Assembly: GCA_036679065.1 (NCBI GenBank)
Contig: JAZIGN010000001.1
Coordinates: forward strand, 192,001-256,000
Reading direction: 5' to 3'
DNA: 64,000 nt
Source: Coprothermobacterota bacterium
Lineage (GTDB): Bacteria; Coprothermobacterota; Coprothermobacteria; Coprothermobacterales; Coprothermobacteraceae
Shown here one piece after another: positions 31,381 through 40,908 of the stretch. The notes below the pieces were generated by a model that saw only the letters and a list, made by a program, of their open reading frames with translations, was not told the origin of the DNA and searched no databases. Position numbers and translations under genes: made by a program. Within the stretch, counting starts at the first letter, position 1. Each line of letters begins with the position of its first letter.

Positions 31381-31413
31381 TTTGTGTAGTGAAAGGCTTA
31401 ACGTCTTCTAATA

Positions 31414-31992
31414 TCAAGAGTACTTCCTAATGACGGCTACAACTTTGCCAACAATCTGTACTTCTTCATTAAGGGGAAGAGGCTCGTATTTTGGGTTGTC
31501 GGGTTCTAGCCACCAATTACCATATTTGTCTTGTTTCACACGCTTGACAGTAGCCATTTCGTCTATGATTGCGACTATGATGTCGCCGTTGATCCATTCG
31601 GCATCAGAGTTAACTATGACAACGTCTCCTTCCAAAATACCTGCTCCCTGCATGGAGTCGCCTTTGACTTTTAGCCCAAACTGATTAGGATTAGCGAAGA
31701 TATCTTCCATTGAAAGATAACCTTCAAGCTCTTCTACAGCTAGCGTTTTCAAACCTGCCGTTACTTTTCCTATTAAGGGTACTTCCATAGGAAGCACCAG
31801 TGAACGATGACCTGAAGTGCGTTTTATGTATCCTTTTTTTTCCAAAGCTTCTAGGTGTTTGGAAACGCCTCTTGGTGAAGATATCCCTAGAATAGTGCAC
31901 AATTCTCTAACTGTAGGAGGATAATGGTTTTGGGCGATAAATGTTCTTATAGCATCCAATACTTCTTTTTGCCGAGCTGTCAGTTCTTTCAT
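31414..31992 (-). CDS. lexA: SOS repressor LexA
   Basis: MKELTARQ, YPPTVRE, HLEALEKKGYI, VTAG cleavage site, KGDSM Ser, ATVKR Lys. Confidence 0.96.
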   Translation of the reverse strand: MKELTARQKEVLDAIRTFIAQNHYPPTVRELCTILGISSPRGVSKHLEALEKKGYIKRTSGHRSLVLPMEVPLIGKVTAGLKTLAVEELEGYLSMEDIFANPNQFGLKVKGDSMQGAGILEGDVVIVNSDAEWINGDIIVAIIDEMATVKRVKQDKYGNWWLEPDNPKYEPLPLNEEVQIVGKVVAVIRKYS

Positions 31993-32000
31993 ACAACAAA

Positions 32001-32009
32001 AGTATACCA
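32001..32009 (-). promoter_or_regulatory. Extended -10 promoter of lexA
   Basis: TG-G-TATACT on minus strand, 8 nt before ATG at 31992. Confidence 0.55.
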
Positions 32010-32024
32010 TAAGTACTAACCTTC

Positions 32025-32053
32025 TTTACAGCAGTATGGCTTTCGTGTATAAT
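32025..32053 (+). promoter_or_regulatory. Sigma-70 promoter of tRNA-Leu
   Basis: TTTACA-17 nt-TATAAT, 13 nt upstream of the tRNA. Confidence 0.8.
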
Positions 32054-32066
32054 TAGTTTTGATTGT

Positions 32067-32152
<86 letters not shown>

Positions 32153-33085
32153 ATGGAAGGCAAAGTACCAGTTTCTTATATAGGCGATTTGGTAGAGCGG
32201 TTCTACGGAAAACGCCGTCAAGAAGTGTTGATCGATGCTAGCAATCTCACTGACAGTGCAGTGGTAGATTTAGATGCTCCCATTGTGGTTAGTACTGACC
32301 CAATAACTGGTGCTGATAACCATGTGGTTACGCAGCTAGCAGTTCACATAAATGCAAATGATGTAAGGGTTGCTGGCGGAGAGCCAGTAGCTTTTTTGGC
32401 AGTTCTTCTTTTGCCCACCAATTTTCCACAAAAAGACATAGAAGGCATGTTTGAGCATCTTCATGAAGGGTTGGATTACGAGAATGCTCAGTTAGTGGGA
32501 GGCCACAGCGAGTTTACATCAGCTGTGACGAAACCTGTAGTAGTTGGCACTATGTTTGGTAAAAGGATTAGAGTACTTAGTAAAGACCTTGTAAGACCTG
32601 GTCAGCACGTGTTTTTCGCAGGAACATTGGGCCGGGAGGCTATGATGATTTTAAGGGGTTCCTACGGAGACGACATACTCAAGGTTTCTGTCAAGCCCAT
32701 CATGGATGTCGCCTTAAATGTTCCCTCATTGGTCTTTGCCCATGATCTGACTGAGGGAGGGCTAGTGGCTGGTCTCTGGGAGCTGACACGGGGAACGTCC
32801 CTTGGCATTGAGGCTTCTTTTCCTGAGAGTTATCTGGACCAAGAACTGATTCAGCTTTCCCGTCGGTTCCAGTTTAACCCCTACAAAATAATTTCTTCGG
32901 GTTCTGTGCTGCTGGTCTGCGAGAATGAACGTGAAATGAGAGAAAAACTCGAAGAAGAACATTTGCCTTTTGTCTATCTGGGGCAGTTACATAAAAACTC
33001 TGTTACGTCTTTGAATGGTGTGCCACTGGGGGATCTTGATCCTGAAGGCCCCGATGAGCTCTGGACTTTGCAGAAGAGAGTATAG
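32153..33085 (+). CDS. AIR synthase-related (PurM/HypE/ThiL superfamily) protein
   Basis: MEGKVP N-terminus, STDPITG, HINANDV, GGHSE, HDLTEGGL. Confidence 0.85.
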   Translation: MEGKVPVSYIGDLVERFYGKRRQEVLIDASNLTDSAVVDLDAPIVVSTDPITGADNHVVTQLAVHINANDVRVAGGEPVAFLAVLLLPTNFPQKDIEGMFEHLHEGLDYENAQLVGGHSEFTSAVTKPVVVGTMFGKRIRVLSKDLVRPGQHVFFAGTLGREAMMILRGSYGDDILKVSVKPIMDVALNVPSLVFAHDLTEGGLVAGLWELTRGTSLGIEASFPESYLDQELIQLSRRFQFNPYKIISSGSVLLVCENEREMREKLEEEHLPFVYLGQLHKNSVTSLNGVPLGDLDPEGPDELWTLQKRV

Positions 33086-33206
33086 CTCCCATACTTCAAA
33101 ACTACACAGTAGCTAATAGCTTGTTTAGAGAAGAAAGCCATTTTAGTGAACGATATCGTATTCTTCCAAGTGTTCAAACGTTTACAAATGTGTATAATTG
33201 TGTTAG

Positions 33207-33419
<213 letters not shown>

Positions 33420-33497
33420 TCTACGTATCCCAGTACACTGAGCTGTGGATCGGCTAGTTACTCTTTAAGTCATTGAAAATGTCTATGCTGTGAAACG

Positions 33498-33525
33498 TTG
33501 ACAATTTCAAATTTCTTGCTATACT
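33498..33525 (+). promoter_or_regulatory. Sigma-70 promoter of rpsT
   Basis: TTGACA-16 nt-TATACT with TG extension. Confidence 0.8.
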
Positions 33526-33565
33526 TAAAGTACAAGTCGAAAAATTTGTTGAAAGGAGTGAACTT

Positions 33566-33832
33566 ATGGCTAACACAATTTCTGCAGAGCGACGCATTCG
33601 GCTTACGAAGAAAGAAACCGCATACAACAGATACTGGCGTACAACCATGAAGACGTATGTAAAGAGGGCTAAGAAAGCTATCGAAAGTGGTGATCGTGAA
33701 GCAGCTGAAGCAGCCGTGCTGAAAGCTCAGAGTGTCATTGACAAGGTGGCAGTAAAAGGCGTTATTCACAAGAACGAAGCTGCTAGGCGTAAATCTCGTC
33801 TGATGAAGCTATTCAATCAGAAGTTTCAGTAG
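33566..33832 (+). CDS. rpsT: 30S ribosomal protein S20
   Basis: MANTISAERR, KGVIHKNEAARRKSRL. Confidence 0.97.
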   Translation: MANTISAERRIRLTKKETAYNRYWRTTMKTYVKRAKKAIESGDREAAEAAVLKAQSVIDKVAVKGVIHKNEAARRKSRLMKLFNQKFQ

Positions 33833-33889
33833 TGTTGAAAGCAGTTTGTCTTGTATAATGAAGACAGCCTGTAAAAAGGAGGGCTGAGC

Positions 33890-34072
33890 ATGGCTCTAAA
33901 AGTTGATAAAGAACTGTGCATAGCCTGCGGGGTATGCATGGCACTGTGCCCGGAAGTTTTCCAAGCAGATGCTGAGGGCAAGAGCGAAGTAATAGAGGGC
34001 GCTGATGAGACGCTGCCCTGCGTAGACGAAGCAATAGATTCGTGCCCTACGGGAGCAATTAGTCGGGAATGA
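33890..34072 (+). CDS. Single-cluster [4Fe-4S] ferredoxin, copy 2
   Basis: [12 protein letters not shown]...C...CPTGAI; SD AAGGAGG; TATAAT 33854-59. Confidence 0.95.
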   Translation: MALKVDKELCIACGVCMALCPEVFQADAEGKSEVIEGADETLPCVDEAIDSCPTGAISRE

Positions 34073-34099
34073 GGCTTCGGCCTCATTCCTTTTACTTTT
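34066..34099 (+). terminator. Intrinsic terminator after ferredoxin 2
   Basis: GGAATGAGGC-TTCG-GCCTCATTCC perfect 10-bp stem, UUCG loop, then TTTTACTTTT. Confidence 0.88.
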
Positions 34100-34108
34100 A
34101 AAACAAGG

Positions 34109-34669
34109 ATGATTCTATCCGATGGTCTAATCAAGGAGCTTATATCTTACAGGGCATTGGTAATAGAGCCTTTGAGTGAAACACAAATACAGCCTTCATC
34201 GGTGGATTTAACGCTGGGGAGTACATTTCTTGCCATTGACAATATTAACGTACCGTTCTTAGATCCAAAGAGAAAAGAAACAATTAAATATAGAGAGATT
34301 CACATAGAAAAGGGTGGCCAATTAATCCTTCAACTTGGCTTTTTTTTGCTAGGAACAACTACAGAGCGCCTCATGTTACCCAACTTTCTCGTAGCTCGGG
34401 TCGAAGGAAGATCCTCCTTGGGACGTATGGGTATTCTTATACATGCCACTGCTGGTTATGTTGACCCAGGGTTTTGTGGTCAGATTACGTTAGAAATATC
34501 AAATGTGAATAACATACCAGTAGCTCTTTATCCAGGAATGAGAATATGCCAAGTAAGTTTTGAGTTGCTTTTTGAGAACTGTGTGATCCCATACGGGCTC
34601 AAAGGGAAGTATCAAGGACAAGAAGGTCCAGAAGGGACAAGAATTTTCTTGGATTTCTTAAAGGAGTGA
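34109..34669 (+). CDS. dcd: dCTP deaminase
   Basis: IQPSSVDL, EGRSSLGR, HATAGYVDPGF, ITLE, KYQGQ. Confidence 0.96.
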   Translation: MILSDGLIKELISYRALVIEPLSETQIQPSSVDLTLGSTFLAIDNINVPFLDPKRKETIKYREIHIEKGGQLILQLGFFLLGTTTERLMLPNFLVARVEGRSSLGRMGILIHATAGYVDPGFCGQITLEISNVNNIPVALYPGMRICQVSFELLFENCVIPYGLKGKYQGQEGPEGTRIFLDFLKE

Positions 34670-34675
34670 TGTGTA

Positions 34676-36025
34676 GTGCATAGTGCTATTGTACTAGGGG
34701 GTGGAGTTGGAAAAAGGTTTAATTCCAAGGTGCCCAAGATAATGCATACACTAGGGGAAAAACCTATTATCTATCACCTTTGGGACACGCTGCAAACAGT
34801 AGATGGTATCGAAGAGGTTATATTGGTAACTTCTCCTCAAATTGCCGAGTTACTACCTGATAATGCAAATGTGGTGATCCAGGATGAGCCCTTAGGAACG
34901 GCGCATGCTGCGTTCTTGGGAGCCTCCGTTGCCAAGAATGAGAATGTCATTATTGTCAACGCAGACATCCCCCTTGTTAGAAAGGAAACATTTTCGACAA
35001 TGGTGGAATCTTCTTATTCAAGATTGATAGCAGTTACTCGGTTTCCCTTTGAAAGCGATTTTGGAAGAGTTCGATTTGTAGACGGTCTTTTGCGTCAAAT
35101 AGTAGAAGTATCTGACTTACGAGATCGGCGCGAAAAAGAAATACCTTTTGTCAATACGGGGGTCTATAAGGCAAGAAAAGAAGACATAGTGAATGGTTTT
35201 CCGCTTCTTGGCAAGTCCAATGCAAAGAAAGAATATTACATCACGGATTTGTTCAATTTGTTAGCTGAGGATAAAGGAGTACATGTGCTTTTGTTTGAAG
35301 ATTGGTCACAGTTCTTGGGTATCAATACTAGACAGGATTTGGCAAGAGTCTTGCATGTTTATAAGCAAAGGCTTCTGGAAAGAATTATGGAGGCGGCCAC
35401 TATTGTGGACCCTGAGAGCACCTATGTGGGTGAAAACGTAAAGGTGGGAAAAGATACAATTATCCTTCCGAATACCACATTACTTGGTTCGACTGAAATT
35501 GGCGAAGATTGTGTAATAGGGCCGAACGTGGAAATAAGAGACTGTGTGATTGGGAACAAATGTGAGATAAAGTTTTCCGTGCTAGAAGAAGCAACTTTAG
35601 AAGACTCAGTCGTTGTTGGACCATTTGCTCGTATTAGACCGGGAACTTACTTAAAGTCGAGCGCGAGAATCGGTAACTTTGTGGAAATCAAGAAAAGTGT
35701 TGTGGGTAGTAGGACAAAAATCAACCATCTTTCATACGTTGGGGATGCCGAAGTCGGCGAGGACACCAACATTGGAGCTGGTACGATAACCTGCAATTAT
35801 GATGGCTACAATAAAAACCCAACGACAATCGGAAACAGGGTTTTTATCGGTTCGGACACAATTTTAGTAGCACCTGTTGAACTTGAGGACGATTCTTTTA
35901 CTGCTGCAGGTTCAGTTATCACTGAGAAGGTGCCGAAATACGCTTTAGGCATAGGTAGAGCCATGCAGGTTAATAAAGAAGGTTGGGTGCTTAAGTACAG
36001 GAAGAAAAAGGAGATGAACCAGTAA
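34676..36025 (+). CDS. glmU: Bifunctional GlcNAc-1-P uridyltransferase / glucosamine-1-P acetyltransferase
   Basis: LGTAHA, EYYITD, hexapeptide repeats, GNFVEIK, HLSYVGD, ITCNYDG. Confidence 0.95.
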   Translation: MHSAIVLGGGVGKRFNSKVPKIMHTLGEKPIIYHLWDTLQTVDGIEEVILVTSPQIAELLPDNANVVIQDEPLGTAHAAFLGASVAKNENVIIVNADIPLVRKETFSTMVESSYSRLIAVTRFPFESDFGRVRFVDGLLRQIVEVSDLRDRREKEIPFVNTGVYKARKEDIVNGFPLLGKSNAKKEYYITDLFNLLAEDKGVHVLLFEDWSQFLGINTRQDLARVLHVYKQRLLERIMEAATIVDPESTYVGENVKVGKDTIILPNTTLLGSTEIGEDCVIGPNVEIRDCVIGNKCEIKFSVLEEATLEDSVVVGPFARIRPGTYLKSSARIGNFVEIKKSVVGSRTKINHLSYVGDAEVGEDTNIGAGTITCNYDGYNKNPTTIGNRVFIGSDTILVAPVELEDDSFTAAGSVITEKVPKYALGIGRAMQVNKEGWVLKYRKKKEMNQ

Positions 36026-36975
36026 TGGGCGTTGATGGCAGACCGATGGCGGTCATTTCGGGAACTGCCAATAGACCTTTGGCAGAAAAGATTGTGAGCG
36101 AGCTTGGAATGGATCTGTTACCAGTAGAAATTTACCACTTTAAGGATGGTGAGACTGGTATACGGATTAAAGAATCGGTCAGGGGATACGAGGTTTTTCT
36201 CATACAGCCCACGTCTCCGCCTGTGAACGAGAACTTAATGCAACTATTAATAATGTTGGACGCTCTCCGGAGAGCCTCTGTTGCAGAAATCACTGTAATT
36301 ATGCCTTACTACGGCTATGCACGCCAGGATAGAAAGAGCAAACCCAGGGAACCAATTTCGGCAAGACTAGTTGCTGAGCTCATAGAGGCTGCTGGAGCTG
36401 ACAGAGTAGTGGCTGTAGATTTGCACGTTCCTCAGATACAAGGTTTCTTCAAAGTACCTGTGGATAACCTTACTGCCATGCCGCTTTTTGCTGATTACGT
36501 GAGAAGGGAAAAACCTTTGTTGCAAGATGTCGTAATTGCCTCACCTGATGTAGGTGGAGTAGTAAGAGCTAACGGGTTAGCGTACCGTCTTGATAACAGG
36601 CCTTTGGTCATTTGTGACAAGAGAAGAACGGCAGCAAATGTAGCAGAAATTGTCCATGTCATAGGCGATGTTGTGGACAAAGACGTGCTCATTGTTGATG
36701 ATATAATTGATACCGGCGGTTCTTTGATAAAGGCTGCTCAAGTCTTTAAGGATAGAGGGGCCCGTAGCATTTGGGCTTTCGCTACTCATGGCTTGTTTAG
36801 TGAAGGAGCAGTTGATGCCATTGAAAAATCAGTGATTGAGCGTGTTGTGGTTACGGACACTGTTCGAAGCGAATACTCAAGTGAAAAAGTGCAAGTGGTC
36901 AGTGTGGCGCGGCTAATCGCTGAGGCTATAAAACGTATAAGAACAAATCAAAGCATATCAGCATTATTTGATTAA
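36025..36975 (+). CDS. prs: Ribose-phosphate pyrophosphokinase
   Basis: FKDGE, PYYGYARQDRK, SPDVGG, VDDIIDTGGS. Confidence 0.98.
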   Translation: MGVDGRPMAVISGTANRPLAEKIVSELGMDLLPVEIYHFKDGETGIRIKESVRGYEVFLIQPTSPPVNENLMQLLIMLDALRRASVAEITVIMPYYGYARQDRKSKPREPISARLVAELIEAAGADRVVAVDLHVPQIQGFFKVPVDNLTAMPLFADYVRREKPLLQDVVIASPDVGGVVRANGLAYRLDNRPLVICDKRRTAANVAEIVHVIGDVVDKDVLIVDDIIDTGGSLIKAAQVFKDRGARSIWAFATHGLFSEGAVDAIEKSVIERVVVTDTVRSEYSSEKVQVVSVARLIAEAIKRIRTNQSISALFD

Positions 36976-36998
36976 CTTAGATAAAAGGAGTGGTTAAA

Positions 36999-37634
36999 GT
37001 GGCTGTAAAAGTTATTAAGCGTACAGAAACGCAAACTGGAACAAGAAAGGTAAAGAAGATCAGAAAGAATGGTTACGTGCCAGCGGTTTTGTACGGGCAG
37101 GATATGGAAGCTACGCCCTTGTTGTTGGAGCGGAGCCAGGTTATAAGAGAACGTATAACGTTAGGACGTTCATTGGAACTTGATGTGGATGGAAAGATTG
37201 TCAGGGTCATCGTTAAAGAAGAACAAGTGGATCCCATTTCACAGGAAGTGATTCACTTGGATTTCCAAGCATTGAGTGCTGGAAGCACTGTAACTGTGTC
37301 CATACCCATAGTACTGGTAGGCGAACCCGTAGGTATCAAGAAAGGTGGCATATTGGAATTCCCAACTCGTGAAATAGAAGTGGAGTTACCTACTGAAAAG
37401 TTAGTTGAACAGGTCACTGTAGATGTTTCAAATATGGACATTGGAGATATCATACACATCGGTGAGCTCGACCTTCCACCCGAGGCGAAAATCTTCGCAG
37501 ATTTGGAAGAAGTAGTAGTCGCAGTAACAGTTCCAGTGGAAGAAGAAGTAGAAGAGGTCGAGGAAGAAGCAGCAGTTGAAGGTGAGCCTGAAGTGATATC
37601 TAAGGGCAAGAAGGAAGAAGAGGAGGAAGAGTAA
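36999..37634 (+). CDS. rplY: 50S ribosomal protein L25/Ctc
   Basis: VPAVLYG, IHLDF, PVGIKKGG, acidic tail; located between prs and pth. Confidence 0.93.
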   Translation: MAVKVIKRTETQTGTRKVKKIRKNGYVPAVLYGQDMEATPLLLERSQVIRERITLGRSLELDVDGKIVRVIVKEEQVDPISQEVIHLDFQALSAGSTVTVSIPIVLVGEPVGIKKGGILEFPTREIEVELPTEKLVEQVTVDVSNMDIGDIIHIGELDLPPEAKIFADLEEVVVAVTVPVEEEVEEVEEEAAVEGEPEVISKGKKEEEEEE

Positions 37635-37649
37635 TAATATATCCTTTTC

Positions 37650-38228
37650 ATGCTACTAATTGTTGGACTGGGAAATCCGGGTATAGAATACGAGAAGACT
37701 AGGCACAACATAGGCTGGTGGGTTTTAGATCTTCTTAGGACTAAGCTCACCGGCCTTAATTTACGTTTACTGTGTTATAGCCGAGTTTATGAATTGAAAC
37801 ATGAATTAAAGAAAGAAGTAGATTTCATCGTTTATCCCCTAACATACATGAACAACAGTGGTAAGGCTGTGAAATGCCTTTACGAGCCTAGAATGGATCT
37901 AGTGGTAATTCATGATGATCTTGATTTGGTAGTAGGGAAAACCAGAGTACGTTTTGGTGGATCAAGCGCTGGCCACAAAGGGGTATCGTCCATTATTGAC
38001 GCCTTGGGAACTGATTCGTTTTGGCGTGTAAAGGTGGGCATTGGGCGCCCATTCTCAAAACAAGAGGTCATAAACTACGTATTAGGTGAACCCCAGAAGA
38101 ATGAGAAAGAAGTACTTATCAGGGCAGCAGATTACATAGCTGACCAGTTATGTTTGCTGATCACTGATCGGAATTTTTCACGTTTTCAACAGAACATAAA
38201 CAGTTTTAATTCCAATGAAAATAACTAG
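37650..38228 (+). CDS. pth: Peptidyl-tRNA hydrolase
   Basis: VGLGNPG, TRHNIG, YMNNSG, HDDLD, GHKG, GIGRP. Confidence 0.97.
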   Translation: MLLIVGLGNPGIEYEKTRHNIGWWVLDLLRTKLTGLNLRLLCYSRVYELKHELKKEVDFIVYPLTYMNNSGKAVKCLYEPRMDLVVIHDDLDLVVGKTRVRFGGSSAGHKGVSSIIDALGTDSFWRVKVGIGRPFSKQEVINYVLGEPQKNEKEVLIRAADYIADQLCLLITDRNFSRFQQNINSFNSNENN

Positions 38229-40908
38229 TCAAGATCCGCTGGTTTACTTCGCTGCTGAAGCGAAGAGCTTGGGAGAAAACTTTCCGATTATTTTGCCAGA
38301 AGGCGAGAAGCAAGCTTTCTTGGATTACTACTCTGCTCTGTTTGGAGTTTCTCGAGCGATGGTTTACGATGCCAGAGACCTAGTGGAGGAAACCCTGCTA
38401 CCAGAAGGCGATCCCTTGTTGATAACTAAAGGTACTCCAATGGATGTGGTTCTGAGTTTTCTTAAGTTGACAGGATATACAAGAGTAGACTTTTGCTATG
38501 ACAGCTTTCAGTGGGCGAAGCGAGGTTTTGTACTTGACATTTACTCTGACGAGCTCTATAGGTTGGATTTTGACGAGGAAGACCGAGTTGAAAGCATCCG
38601 CATAGTGGATTCAGAGACACAAATGTCTATAAGACGAACTGAATATGCCACGCTCTGGACAAGACAAATACCGGTGCGACCTATCGACAGAATGACCCAA
38701 GCTGTCATATACGATTCTGAACGTACTTATAGGGAGCTTAGAGCAGTTGAGGTTGAACTGACGTTTCCTGTTAAAAAGGTATCTCCAGTTAAAATAGACA
38801 AGTTCATATCGGTGCCCAGTTTCAGCATCGACGACTTAACTGCTTACAAGGGCAAGATGGTTCTGGTTACCCAATTCCCCGAGGTGTTTTCGCGCAAACT
38901 TGGTTGGCCTGTGTTTGATTCCATTTCGGCAGGGCTGACTTCCGGGGAAAAAAGGTTTCTGGTTCATGGCAGGATTAGGATGCCCTTCAGCCTCGATGGT
39001 TTCGATATACACATTGATCGCGAAGGACTGGGATGGAAAGTTGGGCATCGAAGATCCTTGGAGTTGTCTTGGCACGGGTTGAAGATTGGGGAACCAGTGC
39101 TTCATGTAGACCGAGGCGTCGGAGTTTACGATGGTATTGAGTATGTGGAAGGGAAACCGTACTTTTCTATTTCATACAAAGATGGCCATGTTCTAGTTCC
39201 TCTGGAGCGTAGTCAAAAGTTAGTTAGGGTTCCTTCCACCATGTCCATTGACAGTTTGGGACCAGCCAGATGGAGTAGAAAGAGTAGAGCTCTTCAGCAG
39301 CGAGCTCTGAAGATGAGATCTTTCCTTGAGAACAGATTTAAGCAGAAGAAGAGCATTGAATCCTTTACTATAGAGCCTGATGAAGAAATTGAAAGCGCAT
39401 TTGCACAGTCTTTTCAGTTTGAGGAAACTTCTGACCAAAAACAGGCTACTGAAGAACTCCACGCTTGGTTAGCAATCCCTCATCCTGAGGAAGCGTTGAT
39501 CATAGGAGAATCTGGCGTGGGCAAAACCGAGGTACTTATGCGTGCGGCTGTCGCTGTGGCCTCCGCTGGCTATAAGGCTGTCATTGTGGTTCCTACTAGA
39601 GTGTTGGTGGATCAATATATGGCTGCCTATAGTGAACGCATCCAAAGCTGCGGTCTCCTATTATCTGACGATCCTGCTTTGCCTTGGGACATATTGGTGG
39701 GGACTCACAGCCTTTTGAAAAAACAGCTTTATGATGACAAGCTAGCTCTGGTCATATTCGACGAGGAACAGAAGTTTGGAGTGACACACAAAAACTGGTT
39801 TCAAGAACATTTCCCGTGGGTCAAAGTTATTTTCAGTAGTGCCACACCCATACCTCGAACGTTTTTCTTGGCACGTCGCGGGTATGTAAAGCTTATACGA
39901 ATGCACGAGCTGCCTTATGGTAGGCAAAAAGTTACTGTTTTTGCCGATGAATACTCTCCCGATTTAGTAAGGAAAGTGCTATCTGATGAACTAGATCGGG
40001 GTGGATTGGTCATTTACATTCACCCGACTATTGAAGGTATTGACCTTAGAGCTTTGGAACTTCAGCAGATGTTCTTGGACGCGGAAATAGAGGTTCTCCA
40101 TGCTCGGATGACCGATAAACGGATAAAGTCCATATTCAAAAAGCTGCAAGAGGGAAAAATAGATATTCTTGTTGCCACCACTATCATGGAAGCAGGTGTG
40201 GATTTGCCTATTGCAAACACCATCGTTGTAGAAGACGCTACCCACTTGGGTGTATCGCAGATGTATCAACTTAAAGGTAGAGTGGGAAGAAACAGTGTCA
40301 AGGGCTATGCTTGGTTTCTTTATCCGCCGACTGCTTCCCCAGCTACGCGAAGTCGCATACACTCTACTGTGAAGTTGCTCAATTATTCTGATAGTTATGC
40401 TCTTGCGGAATTGGATACACGTTACCGTGGGATTGGTGAGATTTTCGGTATACGGCAACATGGCTTGGTGAAACAAGAAGACGTGTTTGCTGTGGATGCA
40501 CTGCTGGAGCAAACGTATAGGGAAGAAGAAACTGAAATTGTGTCTTGGCCAATTAAGATGAACATACCTGAATGGATCTTGCCTGAGCCTGAAAGAAGTA
40601 ATTTACTCAAGGACATTCTTGACGCTGATACAGAACGGGAGCTTATGCAACTGTTCTTGATGTTCAAAGATCTTGTGGGGCACATTCCTGAGGACAGTAA
40701 AGCTTTGTTTGCTTATTCTTTGCTTAAGGTTTTAGGCAATAAAAGAGGTATCACAATGATAAAATTCAATTCAAGAGGGTTTCAGCTGGTTAGGGAGAAT
40801 GAGATCCAAGATTTTAAAACTGGTTCAGTCTCTTCATGGGATGCGATTTTTGCCGCGGTAGAGTGTTTAGGAGGTGCCAAAGAATGGTTCGAAATCCTAA
40901 AGGCATGA
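38215..40908 (+). CDS. mfd: Transcription-repair coupling factor (reduced)
   Basis: GY..V..RG..LDI domain, CarD-like HVDRGVG, GVGKTEV, DEEQKFG, SATPIPRT, QLKGRVGR; follows pth. Confidence 0.88.
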   Translation: MKITSQDPLVYFAAEAKSLGENFPIILPEGEKQAFLDYYSALFGVSRAMVYDARDLVEETLLPEGDPLLITKGTPMDVVLSFLKLTGYTRVDFCYDSFQWAKRGFVLDIYSDELYRLDFDEEDRVESIRIVDSETQMSIRRTEYATLWTRQIPVRPIDRMTQAVIYDSERTYRELRAVEVELTFPVKKVSPVKIDKFISVPSFSIDDLTAYKGKMVLVTQFPEVFSRKLGWPVFDSISAGLTSGEKRFLVHGRIRMPFSLDGFDIHIDREGLGWKVGHRRSLELSWHGLKIGEPVLHVDRGVGVYDGIEYVEGKPYFSISYKDGHVLVPLERSQKLVRVPSTMSIDSLGPARWSRKSRALQQRALKMRSFLENRFKQKKSIESFTIEPDEEIESAFAQSFQFEETSDQKQATEELHAWLAIPHPEEALIIGESGVGKTEVLMRAAVAVASAGYKAVIVVPTRVLVDQYMAAYSERIQSCGLLLSDDPALPWDILVGTHSLLKKQLYDDKLALVIFDEEQKFGVTHKNWFQEHFPWVKVIFSSATPIPRTFFLARRGYVKLIRMHELPYGRQKVTVFADEYSPDLVRKVLSDELDRGGLVIYIHPTIEGIDLRALELQQMFLDAEIEVLHARMTDKRIKSIFKKLQEGKIDILVATTIMEAGVDLPIANTIVVEDATHLGVSQMYQLKGRVGRNSVKGYAWFLYPPTASPATRSRIHSTVKLLNYSDSYALAELDTRYRGIGEIFGIRQHGLVKQEDVFAVDALLEQTYREEETEIVSWPIKMNIPEWILPEPERSNLLKDILDADTERELMQLFLMFKDLVGHIPEDSKALFAYSLLKVLGNKRGITMIKFNSRGFQLVRENEIQDFKTGSVSSWDAIFAAVECLGGAKEWFEILKA

